A stretch of DNA of 64,000 nt from Azolla caroliniana (Eukaryota > Plantae > Polypodiophyta). The stretch is taken from contig JBHGNT010000011.1 in assembly GCA_043228905.1 (NCBI GenBank), positions 10,106,001-10,170,000 of the forward strand, written 5' to 3'. The position numbers were made by a program, and so were the translations under genes. Position 1 is the stretch's first letter. Every line of letters begins with the position of its first letter. Positions 62,666-64,000 of this stretch are shown here, in pieces. The notes beneath the pieces are model-generated. The model made no database searches. It was not told the DNA's origin and was given only the letters and a program-made list of their open reading frames with translations.

Positions 62666-63097
62666 TGTTATTCCTTAGGTCCGGACAATGGTCTAACACA
62701 GGGTGTCTACGGAAGACACTTCACCAAAGGGGTGTTACAGCGAGAAAACTTAAGACACAACGATTAAGCAGACTTAATTGGTTCCTTAAACAATATGGCA
62801 TTAACTTAATACACGCGTAGGATATAACAATTAATATAGAACGGTAATCAATACGTGAAGATAAAACAAGAAGCTTATATTAATTCTCCGTTAAAGTTTT
62901 ACATTGTAACCGGGCCTTTTTATAGGTCACCGGTGCTGCATACAAAACGGTGCCAACCGGCACCTGTTCGGAACCCGTCCGAATCCAGATCGGCATACCG
63001 ATTCTGGTCCGTCCGTTCACTACTTAATTATAATATATTCTGAATAACCATTCCCTTTCATATTCTGGTCTTTAACTCTTTTGTCGGCCGGGTAACA
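62666..63097 (-). repeat. Element A 5' LTR (432 bp)
   Basis: Direct repeat of 34560-34980. Confidence 0.95.
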
Positions 63098-63102
63098 GTG
63101 TG

Positions 63103-64000
63103 CAGAAAGTCATTGCCATGGCAAATGAAAAACTTCGACGCTCCACCCATGAGAAGAACCTAGTTAGTCGATTTGGCTATAACGACTACATGGCATACCA
63201 CTATGCCTTTATGATGAAGGTGGTATATGTTCATGAACTGGAAAGCTTTGGCAAAGCCGCTAAAGATCCATGATGGATCGAAGCCATGAACAAGGATATG
63301 GATTTTCTCAGTAAGAATGAGACATGGGATCTTGTCCCCCACTTACCTCACAAGAAGGCAATTGGTTGCAGATGGATATACAAGGTGAAGTATAATGTCG
63401 AAGGCTCCGTCAACCGCTACAAAGCTCGTCTCGTAGAGAAAGGTTATGCACAGACACACGGTGTCGACTATGAAGAGGCCTTTACCCTGGTGCCAAAGAT
63501 GACAACTATTTGAACCGTGATTGCATTGGCACCAACAAAAGGGTGTCACCTTTATCGGATTGATGTAAACAATGCCTTTCTGCAAGCCGAATTAGAAGAG
63601 GAGGTATACATGGTCCAACCACTTGACTTCAAATTCAGGAATCATCTTAAAGCAGTTTGCCGACTAAAGACGCCGCTCTACAGCCTTAAGCAAGCACCAC
63701 GTGCTTGGCATTCGAAGATAACACAATATCTTCATGGAATCAGCTTCAGAATACCAAAATCTGACAACTCCCTCTGCGTAAGAAGAGATTCTTGAAGCTC
63801 AATTGTGATCATCCTATATGTGAATGATCTATTCATTGGAGGTGAGCATCTAGTTGACATCAACAAGGTCAAGTCCCTCCTCTCCAGCAAATTCAAGATG
63901 ATGGACAAGAAAGATCTCCACTACTTCCTCGGTATAAAAGTAATTCCACCCTGAACGACATCATGATCTCCCAACGATGCTACATCCTCAACTTGTTATA
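63103..64000 (+). pseudogene. Host copia F, right part (RT), runs off the window
   Basis: RFGYNDYMAYHY, NETWDLVP, RYKARLV and LYSLKQAPRAW motifs, and ILYVND; several stops. Confidence 0.92.

Larger units (their letters stand above)
34560..63097 (-). mobile_element. Gypsy A: non-chromovirus (Athila/Tat-like) LTR retrotransposon, about 10 kb without its inserts
   Basis: Direct LTRs TGTTA...TAACA at 34560-34980 and 62666-63097; TSD GTGTG at 34555-34559 and 63098-63102; all coding on minus; TATA-like CTATAAAAAG on the minus strand of the LTR. Confidence 0.95.

Noticed and set aside
43306-63097. Hammerhead ribozyme (retrozyme) in the LTRs
   Set aside because: No CTGATGA...GAAA core with flanking stems seen by eye in any LTR; an Infernal scan would be decisive.

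Overview
Eukaryotic land-plant nuclear DNA; a non-seed plant such as a fern is plausible, but that is only an inference from the retroelement lineages. It holds one host gene, an intronless GATL-type GT8 glycosyltransferase (8011-9351, minus), and about 48 kb of retroelements. From 16.6 to 34 kb lie three Ty1/copia copies (E1 truncated, E2, E3) and an RTE-like LINE that E2 interrupts. From 34.2 to 64 kb is a four-level nest: copia F contains Athila/Tat-like gypsy A (34560-63097, TSD GTGTG); A contains tRNA-Trp-primed gypsy B (43306-61809, 4-bp TSD); B contains chromovirus C (45621-52733, identical LTRs) and gag-only element D (57737-61227). The most unusual signals are: (1) A has no polypurine tract, but has tRNA-Arg-complementary sites at both internal LTR junctions on opposite strands, suggesting tRNA-based priming of both DNA strands; (2) the LTRs of B and D carry antisense tRNA-like Pol III A/B-box modules; (3) D is a Gag-only relative of B with a basic tail and sits inside B's LTR; (4) B has a GGATTTT slippery site plus a predicted pseudoknot between protease and RT. 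All comparisons were made by eye, and tRNA identities rely on remembered plant tRNA 3' ends, so both need computational confirmation.
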